This document shows, piece by piece, positions 47,331-61,230 of a stretch of 64,000 bases of DNA. How positions within the stretch are numbered: the stretch's first letter is position 1; each line of letters begins with the position of its first letter. This stretch comes from Zootoca vivipara (lineage: Eukaryota), in NCBI RefSeq assembly GCF_963506605.1, contig NC_083288.1:33852001-33916000 (forward strand), written 5' to 3'. The notes beneath the pieces were generated by a model. It saw only the letters and a program-made list of their open reading frames with translations. It did not search any database and was not told where the DNA came from. Made by a program: the position numbers and the translations under genes.

Positions 47331-48842
47331 AGGCCAAAATTTGAGGGAGGTTGTTATGTGGATGCGTCTGTCCTATTTCTTTCGCCCTCTTCTATGTAGC
47401 GTTACTCGTTTATTATGCCCCACACCCTTCAAAGCGAACCCAGTTTCAGAGATGGATAAAACGGAGGGAGGGAGGGAGTGAATGCAGTAGCAAGACAGAA
47501 AAAAGATTGTGATCAGAACAGGGGGTGGGGGAGGCACAGAGCAGGAAAAGAAGCACTTTGCGCAATGAAGAAAAACAATTTATTGCTTCCCGCTGTTCAT
47601 CTGGGTTTGAATTTGCATTCCTACGCACCCTGGTGGGGCAATGGGCACAGCCTAGCTAGCAACAAGGGCCATGGACCCAAGATTATAGCCAAAGTGAACT
47701 AAACAGTTTACTGGTGTATGACTACACCACCTCCAACACATCGTTTTCAATTCTCAATTATTTCTATATTTTGCAGTGTCAAAACTGAATTTTTACAAAC
47801 TTGAGTCGGTGGTCCCGGTCACTGGTTACGCTACACTCACTGGGACGCTTGGGAGGAAAAAAGTCAGACTCCAAACTAACACCCACGTGAAAAAGTCTTT
47901 TCCGTCTCCCCCCAGAATCCCACCCCCCCTCAGCCCAGCCATTTGCACTGCCATTCCTGCCTCTTTGTGCCCCCTGCACAATTCCAGAAGCTGGAACTCA
48001 GCTCCTTCTGCCATGGGACCCAGGGACCAGAACCCAACCACCTAGAATATGGCATTGCCAGGACAAGGGTCAGCACCTAAGTACTCCTCCTGCACCACCA
48101 CTGCCTCCACCTCCTCCTCTTCCTCACTCACATCAGTGAAAACTCACATCTGGGGTTCCCAGTTCACGCCTGGATGGAGCCTTCTTTTCTCTGCTGTCGC
48201 TGAGGCGGTGCTGCTGTTTGATTGCTTAGGCAGGAAGGAAGCACCACAGCCGCCAGCAGGAAGTCGAAGGGCAGGTGCACTAAAATATGACATTTGGGGG
48301 AGGAAGAGAAGGCACATCTTCTTGGTAAATCTGTCGCATTCAGAAGCTCTGGAGATATCAGCCAGACGTCGGGGGCCTCTAAGACTTCGCCAATCCTTAG
48401 TCTGTACCAGATCCAACTGCAAGACACCCCAGAACTTGCACTGAGAAATGTGCAACTCCTAAGTTCTCTCCCAAGTACAGAAGGGGCCTTGTATGCACAT
48501 ATACCAGAGGACAAGTTTTATATGCTCAGTAGAATCAAGTGGTGAAGCCTTTTCTGGGCTGTACCATTTCAGGCTGCAGGGGTGTGTGCGCAATTTGCAC
48601 ATGTCAATGCTTTTCTGATGGTGGGGAGCCTTCCCATACATAAAAGAACGAATGACATCTACATGCCAAGCTGGATGCAGTGAGGCCTGTGCATTTTATC
48701 CAGATATGTGCCCCATCTATATATGATGTGAGATTGGAGGGGCATCTATTTTTATAGGAAATAGAAAATAAAAAGAAACCCACTTCTCCTTACCTGACTG
48801 CACCCTGGCTTGCAAAGCATGTTAAACATACTTCTTGTAGAA

Positions 48843-48844
<2 letters not shown>

Positions 48845-48890
<46 letters not shown>
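48845..48890. repeat. (CA)n microsatellite
   Basis: Direct read. Confidence 0.95.
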
Positions 48891-48893
<3 letters not shown>

Positions 48894-50844
48894 TGGGAAG
48901 ATGGGTTTGACCTAACCTGTCAACCTGCTGTTTTTCAATGTGCAGGGAAGTTTACAACCCTCTCCCTACTCTTCTTCAAGAAAGATGGTACAGTCCAGGA
49001 AAAGGCATTTGGCGCTTCTGCCGACGACATGAAATAAATCTATGGGAAAGAGATTCACCAGCTTCTTTGTGCATTGAGCAGTGGAAAAAACAATGTATCT
49101 CACCCTGCTTTCCCCCACCCCACTGGCAAAGAAACATGGCTGATATGAAGTTCGTACTAATCAAGAGACTCTCATTCTTCCATTAAGCCCCTGGGGGTTT
49201 CCTTCAACCTCTCCACAAGGGCAGTTCAAATCTCATTTCCATTCTTTGCTTCTTTGCCACCTGCAAATGCTACAGATCGTTCATTCCTCAAGGATTAACA
49301 GGCATGCAAATCATCACACACACCTTTGACCTCAAGCCAACATCTGTTCCGAAGCGTAGAAGAGCAGCTATAGGTGGTGGTGGGACATCTTTCAAAACCA
49401 GTAATAAACCATACCAAAGCAATCCATGAAGCAAGAAACTCATTTTGATCTGAATGCAAGAACCTCAAAAACCAGTATGTTTATTGTAGCATAAAGCTTC
49501 ATGGGCCAGAGCTCACTTCCTTAGTTGCATGGCATGTTATCCTCAGCTGACAGATCTATCTATCTATCTCACATAGGCCCTTCTAGTTTGGGCCCTGAAT
49601 CTGTTGCAGCAAAGAGCAACAACCCAGCTATTCCACTGGAATGTCTCTACAGAAGACACCTGGTTTAACATTCCGGTGCGCCACAATCTGAAAACAGAAG
49701 AAATAATTTCAGGATAAGTTGTATCACATGAAGGTCACTGCAGCGCAATGCAGCTTCACTTGATGAATCAAGCACGTGAGCCAAACCACTTATGAAGGGG
49801 TGCAAGTCAGATGGCTACAGGGTCCCCAAAAATGCCTTCCAACCTTGCAATTAGGCAGATTTCACAAATGCATGCCCCCCTGCCTCAAAGGACAGCCATC
49901 AAGTGATGGCATGCATGTGCAGAACAGCCAGCCTTCATCCACCAAATGTGTGACACCACCTCACTGCACTACTTCCTTAGCTGAGATGGGCTCCAATGTT
50001 CAGTAAGCATTTAAAAAGTCAGAAGCAAAAACACACAGAAAACAAGGCACCTTATCCTCTGGATCTCAAAAAGAAACTTTTGACTACACCCAATTTCTGA
50101 TTGCACATGTTCTTGATGCTTCAAAGGAAGACAACACAATCTTAACAGGCAAGAACCTTTTGGCCACCAAATAGGCCAAAACAGAGGCTTCAGGATTTTT
50201 TTTTATTTTTAAAAGTATCCCTCATGACCAACTCTGTTCTGAAGTCAGTAAGATGTAGTCAATACTACTAAAGCAGAGGTTTCTTGATAAAAAAAACATT
50301 TTCTGATTTCTTCCCTAACATTTATTAAAAGCTTATTTAGAGCCATTTCTAGTTCTTTTTCCCTGCATAAAAGCTTTTGAAAACTCTCCTGCTGCCACAG
50401 CTAATATGCCCCCGTTTACCCCTTACTTTACAGACCAAAGCCTTCTCCTAGACGTCTTGTGACATACAGGAAACTCCGCATATATGAGGGGTTACGTGTT
50501 GAGGCACCATAATGTAAGTGAAATCACATATATTGAGAACGCCATTGAAAGGGCCTCTGGGAACCCTTGAAAAACCATTGAAGCCATTCAAAGTAGCAGG
50601 CAGAGATGGGGGAAGGGTTTCATTGTTTCATCCTGTTCATCTGAAAAACACCACAACTCTTAATAAAGTTAGTGCTTTATAAAAATCCCAGAAACACAGA
50701 CACAAAAAACTGATCTTCCCCTGTCGCCCACAAAATCACCCGCCTGGGTCCATTCAAAGAGTCCATCTCCCTGTGAGTGCCATGCGCAGCAGATCACAAG
50801 TCCATCATTCTTTCCCAGATTGGAGGAACCAAGTGGGACAGGCT

Positions 50845-53800
50845 TCAGATCAGGACACTAGAAACAGGGACTTTGGTGGGTCGCCCACCCTGAGGAACAA
50901 CAATGCGATCTTCGCCTTCAGGTGACTCGTGAAATTGCCCTGCAGGGAGAAAGAGTATGGCAGGGTCAGAGGCTGTTTGTCCATGTTAGAGGAAAGGAGG
51001 CTCCTGGTTGTTTGTCCTCCCTTGATTTCCTACATGGTCATACACACTTCCTAACACACAGGACTTATCAAGACTTAAGACATGGGCCATCCCTGCTACT
51101 CAGAAATTGCTTTTGTTGCCACTCAGCTGCAGCCACTACAGCAAAGCCAAAAGCCTCCTCATGTAATTGCCCCAAAAGGTTTCTTCGTGGGGGACAAGGC
51201 ATTCTAAATCAAAAAGATGCTTCCAAAGTGAGGTGATAACAATTGCCGTCTCTTACAAACACTTTTTGGGCAATTTAAAATCACACAGGGAAGCTCCCTG
51301 GACACCCACATTTGGCATTGCCTTCCCTTTCCATCCTAACTCATAACTGGCTGTTACACCACACCATCCTTTTTCCAGGAAAGTTCTATTGTGCCACAGG
51401 AGAGGAGTGGCTTCCTCATGGCACAGAGCCACAATTGTTTTTGCTACTGGGGTGCCTGTTTGGTGCAGCAGTTCCGTGCCAGGCTTCATGGACCTTGACA
51501 TCTCAACTCTGACTGGCCAATGGAGGGAAGAGGTTTTACCTTGTACATACAGCTCTGTGCGCTTACGGTCTGCCTGGATGAAGCAAGCCGTAGCCAGGAA
51601 GAAGCCGCCACCAATAACCCCAACAAAGGCACAGACCATGAGCGCATATTCTAGGCTTCGGAACTGCGACAGGAATGTTTGGGGGCGATCATATTGGATT
51701 CGGTCACTGATCTGGAGAAGGGATTCAGCAAAAGAACACACACAACACACCATTATGCAGTGTCAAGTGGAGCGGCACAACTAATAGGAAAGCTGGCAGA
51801 ATTGGAAATTGGTGGTGTTTCCTAGCACATAGCAATTGATCACAGCTGAGGCAATGAGTGGAAAAAAAACCCACCCCTACTACTCAACCACTCTCTCTCT
51901 CCTCTGGTTTGTTGTGTGCTATTGCTCAAAACTCACTTAAAGGAATCGCAGCTGCAGTAGTTCTAAACCAACAAAATTCTTTCCAACATGTGGAAAACAG
52001 AGTATCTGCTAATGTTGTACAGTATATGTATCATTTATATCGATGCTGGCTTTTAACAAGAATGACTACAAAGTGGTTGACAGGCAATAGAACTATTTTA
52101 ACATTTTTCAAAGCCACACAGTAAATGCATATAAAATAAAAAATTATTTAATACGAATTTGAGAGCACACTTCCAGTTAACTCTCATAAGACCTGGCAAG
52201 ATAAACACATTTTTACACGCCTCCAAACACAGATTGGCAGGCAACATACAAGTAACATTTTGAGAGAGCCTTAGCTTCGGAGTCGCTATTAAGAAGGCCC
52301 TGCTCCCAAATGGAAAACAGTCTGTTCTTAAGATGATCACCCCGAAGCAGAGCTTCATCAGCTGAGCTTAGGTCTTGGGAGGTTAATATTGCACAAGGTT
52401 GCAATGCATCAATTTCCCTTGGCCTGAACAAACATTGCAGGATCAGCCTGGGCTGTTTTGGCCCAAGAAATACAGCTGTGAGAGCCAGTGTGGTGTAGTG
52501 GTTAAGAGCGATAGACTTGTAATCTGGGGAACCAGGTTCGCGTCTTCGCTCCTCCACATGCAGCTGCTGGGTGACCTTGGGCTAGTCACACTTCTTTGAA
52601 GTCTCTCAGCCCCATTCACCTCACAGAGTGTTTGTTGTGGGGGAGGAAGGGAAAGGAAGAATATTAGCTGCTTTGAGACTCCTTAGGGTAGTGATAAAGC
52701 GGGATATCAAATCCAAACTCTTCCTCTTCTTCTTGCAAAGTATGATCTAAGTGTTGGGAAAGAGAGCAAGCAGCTGATGGCAGAGAAAAGAGGAGCTGCT
52801 TGATGGGTAGAATGCCTCAGATGTCGCAAGCTTTGAAAAGCTGATCAGAAGTGCCTTCTCGCTGTCCCAAGCACTTACCAGGCCAATGAGATAAGGACTC
52901 CCAGCATCACCCAGAAGATGCGACAGCAGGATCTGAAAAGCTTCAGCTGTGGATCGGCGTGTGGGGATGACAACATACTGGGAAGAGAATAAAAGCTGAT
53001 TTACTGGTGCCCTCTGCTGGACAGCAAACAAGTTTTAAGGTCGCTTCCCCACATAACTATAAAGCCATTACAAGCCACTCTCTCACACACATTGCTAAGC
53101 CTCTTCTGGTTGCCCTTCACCTTGCTTTTATTCTATACCCGCTTTGGTGTCTTGCACACTCTTGCCAACTGAGGATTTCACTTAGCACATTTGACAAAGG
53201 GGACCAGAAGCCCCCAGAAGCTCATGCAGTCCTCTGTAGAAAAGCAGCAAAGAGGTGCAGTCCTGTATACCATGCCAACTGCCATACCAGACAGTAATTG
53301 TGGTAGTATAGCTATACACCGGTGAACCGTTGCGCCAGTGGATCTATGACACAGTGATACAGCCAAAATGGGATAGGGATTTGGGCAGGACAAGGGAGGA
53401 GAAACCATCATGTTGGAGCTGTAAGAAACAGTACACTGACTACCCTGCTATCTGCCATGGGCACAGAAGCCCTGGAGGGATGCCCAAGGTGCACACTTGC
53501 AGCAACACTTCTAACTCCTCCCTAGAGTAGGCCAGAATTATTGTTTCATTAGAGGGAAAGAGATTTGCCTAAGGATATCTTGTGAATTCTCAGCAGAACT
53601 AAGTTCTTTTTTTAAAAAAAAACCACTGTCAATGGACAGTTAAACTCAGGGCTGGCTCACTCTACTTGATTCACTCTGGCTACCACCACGTGAGAAGGCA
53701 AACGAGAACGGTGCAATTCTGCAACTGAAATAAAAGTCTAATGTTTTGCACACTGCCTCTTCCCCACAGTCTCACCAGAAGGATGTCCGCCACTATGGCC

Positions 53801-56800
53801 CAGTTGAGGGAGAGGAGGGTCTCACCAATGAAGATAAATACCTGCAGAGGAAGGAGGAGTGAAGAGGAGAGACGGCATTATTTTTGTTTTAAAAATCCTT
53901 TTAATTTTTTTTAAAGATTCCAAAGCAGTGTACAAAAGTTTAAAAAGAAGAAGAGGAGTTTGGATTTGACATCCCGCTTTATCACTACCCAAAGGAGTCT
54001 CAAAGCGGCTAACATTCTCCTTTCCCTCCCCCCCCCCAGCTGCATGTGGAGGAGCGGAGACGCGAACCCAGTTCCCCAGATTCTACTGCTCTTAACCACT
54101 ACACCACACTGGCATAGGACAGGCAATGGTGGGACAGGCAACGGTACCCACCATGCCACACCATGGACACTGCCACAAGAAAGCTGGCAGCACCCTCGGT
54201 GGCTGTACCAAATTAACAATTGAAACTTGGGGCAAACTCACGTAGGTGGCAACGATGCTCTGCTTAGCGGTCACCACTGCTAGGAACAGGAAGGGGACAG
54301 AGCCCAGCAGTCCAGTTGCACACACCAGGGGATCAGCACGAGGGTTGGTGCGGCGCCAGCGCCGGGAAATCTCCACCCCAGCACTGACACCCAGCACACC
54401 AGTCACACAAGTGATGACGCCAAAGGTGAGGCTGCAGAGATAACGATATGAAGAATTAATAAAAGCACCGCAGAGAAGGCTCAGAGCACTTCACATATGG
54501 TACACCCCACATTGCAGATGGGAGGATGAGAGACAGCAGCATGCCTAAGGCCATCTAGCAAGTTTACTGCAGGGGCAAGATTCAAGATTTGGGGCATCCC
54601 CATTTGTGACAGTCTCTTAGCCCTTATACTACAAACAGCTCAGAGTTAAGAAACACAGAGGTTTCAAAAGACAGCAGTGGTGAACCTCCACTGCTCAGCC
54701 AAGTGTTCCTCAAGAGAGAGCTGAACTGATGTCATGACTGAGGGCTTTCTCGGCTACTAACTCACCTATCAGAGTCAGAAGCATGTCCTGAGGGAGAAGG
54801 CAGGAGAGTGCCAGCTGCCAGGCGTGAGCGGTACAGGAAAGTTGGTGTCCACAGAGCCAGGGAGCCTGTCACAAAGGCCACAGCTGTGAAGCCTAGTGAT
54901 GACAATATGAAACTGCGACTGTCCATGGGGGGGGGGGAGAGAGAGAGAGAGAGGAAATGTGAGCATAAAACAATAGCCCTAATCATTCCTGCAGTCAAGC
55001 AATTGGAACCATCACAGATCTATTGCAACATAACTTTCCTATGACCTCACCTACAAGAGAGTTGGCTCACCTATTCACAGCTGTAAAAATACAGAGAAAT
55101 CGAACTATAGGCAACCAGGGATGAGCCAGTCCTTAGAAACACTCAGTCATCCCATGGCAGGATCTCTTTTAGGTCACAGTTTGCCCACCTGTAATAGTGA
55201 TGGCACAAGTAGCAAGGTGTTCTCCAGCTCAGGTGGTTACTAGGAGAAAATAACCATACCAGGGAACTGCAACTGGGGACAATTTGTGAAACGCAGTCTG
55301 TAGTGTGCCACTGCCTCCTACAGAGAACATTGCTGATGGCACATCACATCTGCAGAGGGCCACAACCCTAGGCCTAAAGCCTGGGCAGGGGAGAACATTT
55401 TCTGTCAAGGGCTTTATATTCTTGGGTATAAGCTCTTGGGGGCCACATGCCAGGTAGGGTCAGGGCCAGAGGCAATGATGGACAAGGCTACCCCTTTCCT
55501 CTCTCCTTCTCCTCACCTTGTTTCCTATCTAGCAGGCTACTGCAGTGAGGACAGAGCACTCTTATCAGAGGGCTTTTATCACTTCCTCCCTCACTCCATT
55601 TCGCCCTTCCCTCAGTCCCCATTTCCCCACTCCAGCAGTGGCAGACTTTGGGCACTCAAATTTCAGCAGTGCCCTGGGTGCTAAATCTGGCGCCCCCTGT
55701 CTGCCACAGAATTGTTCTACAGAGTAGCACCCAGTACAAACACACCAGTCATACTACCCTAAAACAACCTCTGCCGCAGGACTTCTTTTCTCTAATCATA
55801 TGAAGCTGAGAGCCTCATGAAATTAGGTCAAAGGCTGCATAATGGGCCTTGGACCACAGGCTCCCCACCCCTGTCTTAAAGCAACTCCTTTTCAAGCTAC
55901 TGCACTAGCCTGTTGGCCCTTATTATGTTACAAAGAATGCTGGGGCACTTTCTCGTGGATTAAACAAGTCATCGGCCAGGCCTGCTGGACCTGGTGCGAT
56001 TTAAGCACACACCCTAGAACACATCTCAAGTCTCAACATCTGCTTATAACTGCAGGGGAAGACTGATAATAGTGGACAAGCTTATGCTCAAGGGAACCTT
56101 CGCTGCCATTACCAATTTCCTTAATTAAGTTCCCCAATACTCTGAAGAACCAAATTTCAAAACCACCTCCATAAAGCACTCTGGATAGGTACCTGTCAGT
56201 ATTGCTTTAAAAGCTGCCACAAGAAAGAAGACTGTACAGATTTTCCCTAAGTGGTTTGTTTTGCTTCTCAGTTTCTTGTCCTTTCGCTATCACTAAAGAG
56301 AATATCTACACTGATCTGGAATCAATGAAACTAGGGCAAGAAAGCTACACCTCGGTTTACGAATTTTCGGTTTACGAACGCCTCGGACCCATCTGGAACA
56401 AATTCACTTTCCATTACTTTCAATGGGAAAGTTCGCTTCAGTTTATGAACGCTTCAGTTTATGAATAGACTTCCGGCACCAATTACACCCATGCTTCAGG
56501 TTAAGTACACTTCAGGTTGTGTACTCCGCGGACCCATCTGGAACGGATTAATACACTTTCCATTACTTTCAATGGGAAAGTTTGCTTCAGTTTATGAACG
56601 CTTCAGTTTAAGTACTCCGCAGCAAGCCTGGAACAGATTAATCCATTTTCCATTACTTTCAATGGGAAAGTTCGCTTCAGTTTATGAACGCTTCAGTTTA
56701 TGAACAGACTTCCAGAACCAATTGTGTTCATAAACCGAGGTACCACTGTATTCCGGAGCAATGCAGAAAAGAAAGGTGGGATGTGGCCTACATGGCAGCA

Positions 56801-59120
56801 GTGCATTAAACGGCACCCATTACTCACTTGCGGCTCAGGGCCCGCAGGTCAGCTGCCCAGGAAGTATACTGCAGAGGGGCATCTGAGTGCGTCTCCACAG
56901 TTCCCCGAGGCGGCTCACGCACCACAGTTATCAACAGTATCACCGCCAACGCTCCCAGGGCTGGTGTCACCTGTATGAGAAGATAATGATCTAAGTTGGA
57001 GGCATTCTAAACAGAAGAAAATAAAAACATGTATGCATAGGTGCACAGCAGACAAGCTTACTACAATGTGATGAAGATGAGCTGAACTGCAACATCATAA
57101 GGCAACAAACACCAACCAGTACAATTGTATCCCCACCCTACTCACCCGCAGGGCCCAATGCCAGTCGTCAGCCACATCTTTCACCTTTGAACCCACTATG
57201 TAGCCCAGTCCACTGCAGGTGAAAAGGGAGAACAGTCAGACCCCCCACTCAGGCAGGCTCCCCTCTTTCTGTGAAAGCCAATTAGGTTTGGTCATTGCAA
57301 CAATGGGGGAATGCCAGAGATCAGCGGTAGAGCACCTGCCTTGCATGCAGAAAATCCCAGGTTCACTTTCCAGCATCTCCAGGTAGGGCTGGGAAAAGAG
57401 CCCTGCTTGAAAGCCTGGAGAGCTGCTGCCAGTCAGTGTAGACAATACTGAGCTAAATGGGCCAATGGTCTGAATCAGTTATATAAGGCAGCTTCCTATG
57501 CTCCTATTCCATGGCTTATGTCATGAACACACACATTGTGCTTTGATTGTTGCATAATGTGCTTTGATTGTTCCATAAGCCTGATTGTCAATTTACAGTA
57601 AACAGATTAGTATCTCCAGTTCAACTTCACTACAGTGCATACCCCACCCTAAAACAGACCACAGGGTGTTCGCACCTGCCCACAGGTATGGCGAAGTAGA
57701 AGATGCTGAGCATGCGGGATCGGCGGTCACCCACAAACAGATCAGCAATAATGGTGGGGGCAATAGTTGAGTAGCTGGCCTCTCCTACACCCACCATGCC
57801 TCGTGTCAGCAGCAACAGCCAGAACATCTAATGTGGAGAAAACAAACAAACTGAGGAAATGTAATAGTGTAGCTATAAATCTGAAACACACCCCTAAAGA
57901 ACCTCAGGACATGCAGTCATGTATGGGTGCAAAGAATACTTTGTCAAGTACTGTATTCTTAACCCTTCTCAGAATTACAGTTCCTAGGATTCCTTGTTTG
58001 GTAGCTGTGAGTGTCAAGAACAGGTTTCAAACCTGTTCAGCAGTACTTTATAAATAGCCACTTTTCTGTGGCTTGTGACAAGTCAATCATGCACAAGGCC
58101 TTCCAAAACCGTTTCTTATCGGCTAGCAAATGTTTGTGATTTTATCCAGAGTTCAGCTTAATGACACACAGCTTAAATTGAAGGAAAGCATTGCATCTTC
58201 CCAATCTCAGAGGGCAGCTGTGCCAGATCTCCCCTGCCCCATAAGCCTCAATGCTGGGGGGTGGAAGGGAAGACACACAGATCCCAAACCCAAAGTTCTT
58301 CCCCATGCCTGGGTGAAAACTAATCTACAGAATCTTCTCCCCTGCCCCCATACCTCCTTGGGAATGTAGCTGCTCCCCAGCGTCACTATTGACCAGAAGG
58401 TGATCCCAATGCACATCAGGTATTTGCGATTATAGCGATCCCCCAGGTAACCGAAAATTGGTGCAAGCACCATATAGCTACTAATAAAAACTGAGAAGAA
58501 ATAAATAATTATTTCCAGTGGCAAACACTCCTGCTTCAATAGCACTGCCCTTACGAAGTGCCTGGGTTGCGGGTGGGGAAGAACCAAGCCCCATCACCCT
58601 ACTCACCTGTTTGTAGGAGCCCTGATTTGCTATCATCAATGTTAAAAAATGCCTCAATGTCAGGAAGAACGCCTGAGGTAAGGAAGAAGGATTACAGCAT
58701 TAATACTTGGGAAAGACAACTAAGTATCCTCACCCCAAAACAATCCATCATGCCCATAATTATTTAAAATTAAGGATTAATGTTTTTGGGGAGAAAACCA
58801 ACCCCTCATCGCTTTAAAACTTACAGCGCCCACCCTCCTGACACAGCCAGGAAGAGAAGCCTAAAGTTCCAGCTACCGTCCCATAGCACCCCAGCACCCT
58901 TACCAGCCACAGTGAAGCGGTCCATGTAGTTCAGTAGGTTAACAAAGCAGAGAACTCCCACAATGAAGCCAGCCCGTGTAGAGGAGATGCCCGTGAGGGT
59001 CTGTACCTCTTCTTCCCCTTCATGCCCAGTTTGCAGACCATCCTTTCCCTCTTCCTCTGTGTCATCTGCCTGGGTCAGGATTGGGGCTGTATCCACGTAA
59101 GGTTGCCGCTGAGATGCCAT
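50845..59120 (-). CDS. SPNS1: Protein spinster homolog 1 (lysosomal MFS transporter), 12 coding exons, 518 aa
   Basis: Exons (minus): 59120-58904, 58672-58607, 58490-58354, 57827-57676, 57212-57146, 56970-56828, 54918-54766, 54431-54242, 53841-53776, 52977-52879, 51711-51540, 50939-50845 (1557 nt). Motifs [63 protein letters not shown], and SPNS1-type C-terminus [20 protein letters not shown]. Confidence 0.97.
52480..52732 (+). mobile_element. tRNA-derived SINE (second family)
   Basis: GAGAGCCAGTGTGGTGTAGTGGTTAAGAGC head, GGTTCG B box, CTT-rich tail. Confidence 0.8.
53948..54112 (-). mobile_element. Internally deleted copy of the second SINE family
   Basis: Aligns to 3988-4230 with the middle missing. 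Confidence 0.75.
56346..56750. mobile_element. Tc1/mariner-type MITE with three internal repeats
   Basis: ACCTCGGTTTA...TAAACCGAGGTACCACTGTA ends; TTTCCATTACTTTCAATGGGAAAGTT-type block occurs three times. Confidence 0.75.
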
Positions 59121-59599
59121 GGCCAGCGGCAAGAAGAACCCACTGGAGAGACAATATGAGATAGCCAGCCCCTTACAAACCCTAAAGAACTGCAGGGGAG
59201 AACAGCAAAAGGTCGCCTTTGGCAAGTAACCAGTCTTATGGCAGTTACTGAGGAGCTTAACTAGGGCGAGAAAAGCAGACCAGAAGAAGACGACCAGAAG
59301 AGAAAGTCAGTCAGTAATACAAATGCAAAACACACCCACTGTTCAGCATTATATTCTCATTTCCCACTCCTTTATTATTTTTATTTTTTATTACATACAT
59401 ATATTGCTATAATGTAAACAAAGCCAGAGATGAATTTAAGCGTAGTTACTCAGAGTCACATCTCGGACTGAAGGGAGAAAAATGACAACAGGCCCCTTAC
59501 TCCGCCAAGCCTGACCTCACCCTGAAGCTATAATTAACCTGTAGCCCCCCCGAAACCCCCTTTCCCCTCCAATTCTAACCTGAGAGTTACCTAGGGAGG

Positions 59600-60200
59600 G
59601 AGTCCCGTCGCCCGCTCTCCCCGGCCCTACCAAGGCCCCGCCAGCATCTCACACGCCGCCCTCGCCGGCGACGGACATACCCAGCCTGCCACCCCCTCCC
59701 CACTCAGCAGAGCGGCTCGGCGGGATCACGTGACGGCTCTTTTCCTTGCCCTCCTTTCACGAGCTTTGATTATCATGTGACTCTTCTTCGTCCCCGCCCT
59801 TTCCGCCTCCCGATCCCTGGGTGCCATGGGAACAGAGCCGGTCGCCTGATCGCCTTCCGCATCACCAATACAAATACCGGACGCGCCGCGCGCTCTCTCC
59901 CGTCCCTTAAGGCGTCAGAGAGGCGCGCGCCCGCGCGTGTGTCGGTAGCGGCGGGATGAGGGCTTACTTCGGTTGCCATAGTTACCAGCCCAAGCCCAGG
60001 CTCCTTGCCCCCTCTGTGGAAATTTGACCGACCCATAACGGGTCCCTGCCCTTCTCGAGGCGCGTTCCTTCGTCGCCATGGTTACCAGAGCGCTGCGGCC
60101 TGTGCTTCCCTGTCCCCTCAACACACCTGGCGCCTTGTTTACTGCCACCGCCTCGCTATCGGGAAAGCAGTCAGCTCGCCTTCCGTCACGTCTCCAAAGC
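59600..60200 (-). promoter_or_regulatory. SPNS1 CpG-island promoter with CLEAR/E-box, M-box and X-box motifs; non-coding exon 1 donor at 59680
   Basis: CpG-rich. TCACGTGAC at 59726-59734, TCATGTGAC at 59773-59781, GTTGCCATAGTTAC at ~59972, GTCGCCATGGTTAC at ~60072. Donor TGG|GTATGT at 59680 and acceptor at 59189 ahead of the ATG. Confidence 0.75.
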
Positions 60201-61011
60201 CTTTGACAGCACATTAAACTCCATAATAACCTCCCGTCACACGCCTCCACCCCATAATCTGTGACACACACTCCCTCGAGTAAGAGAGGCGACATGATAG
60301 ACGTTTGCCAACACCGTGCATGGACGGCATGGAATGGATAGAGAGAAGGGCTTCTCCCTCGCAGCGCTCTTGGGCATCCCTTGAAGCTGAACGCTGGGAG
60401 GAATCAGGAGGGGGAAAATAAAAAGTACTGACAATTCCCCCCAACACACGATTAAAAAGTTTGGAACTCCCGCCCACAGGAGTAAAGAATGGCCACAAGC
60501 TTGGATGGCTTTAAAACAGGATTAGGCAAGTTTGTCGAGGGCGAGGCAATCAAAATGGCTGGGTTCACCAGCTGCTGGGAACAGGAGACAGGAGGTGGGC
60601 AGGGTGCTGTGGTGCTAGCTCCTGACCTGCTTGCAGCTTCCCACAGGCCCCTGTGAGGATCGGATGCTGGACTACATGGGCCCCTGGCCGGATCCAGCAG
60701 GCATTTGCGTTATGAGTCACTATCTTGAACGTGAACGCTTTATGAGAGATCCCACACACAACCAAGAGGATTGGTAACGTCTAGAAGTGGTTAACCTGTT
60801 CAGTCTGTTACAAATAAAAGTCTTGTTATGGTACCTCAGATGTAATAGGTTTGTTGAGGCACCAGAAATCCTGTTTGTGCAACCATCTAGTCCAAACAAA
60901 CCTACTTCACAATAACTCTTTTTGTCAGTCTTTCAGGATGTCATAAGAGCCTTTGTTGTATTTGGTACAGCAGACATGCACGGCTACCCTTATGAAATCT
61001 ACACCCTAGGT

Positions 61012-61230
61012 CAGGGGTCAGCAAACTTTTTCAGCAGGGGGCCGGTCTACTGTCCCTCAGACCTTGTGGGGGTCCGGACTATATTTTGAAAAAAAATATG
61101 AACAAATTCCTATGCCCCACAAATAACCCAGAGATGCATTTTAAATAAAAGGACACATTCTACTCATGTAAAAACATGCCGATTCCTGGACCGCCCGCAG
61201 ACCGGATTTAGAAGGTGATTGGGCCGCATC
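61012..61230. mobile_element. Left part of a hAT-type non-autonomous element, interrupted by CR1
   Basis: CAGGGGTCAGCAAACTTTT TIR-like start after CCCTAGGT. The right end is not in the window. Confidence 0.6.

Noticed and set aside
48049-48545. Overlapping 80-130 aa ORFs
   Set aside because: No homology signal or exon structure; they lie in the probable SPNS1 3' UTR.
56390-56705. Three spaced direct repeats resembling a CRISPR array
   Set aside because: Eukaryotic DNA; these are internal repeats of a TA-flanked MITE.
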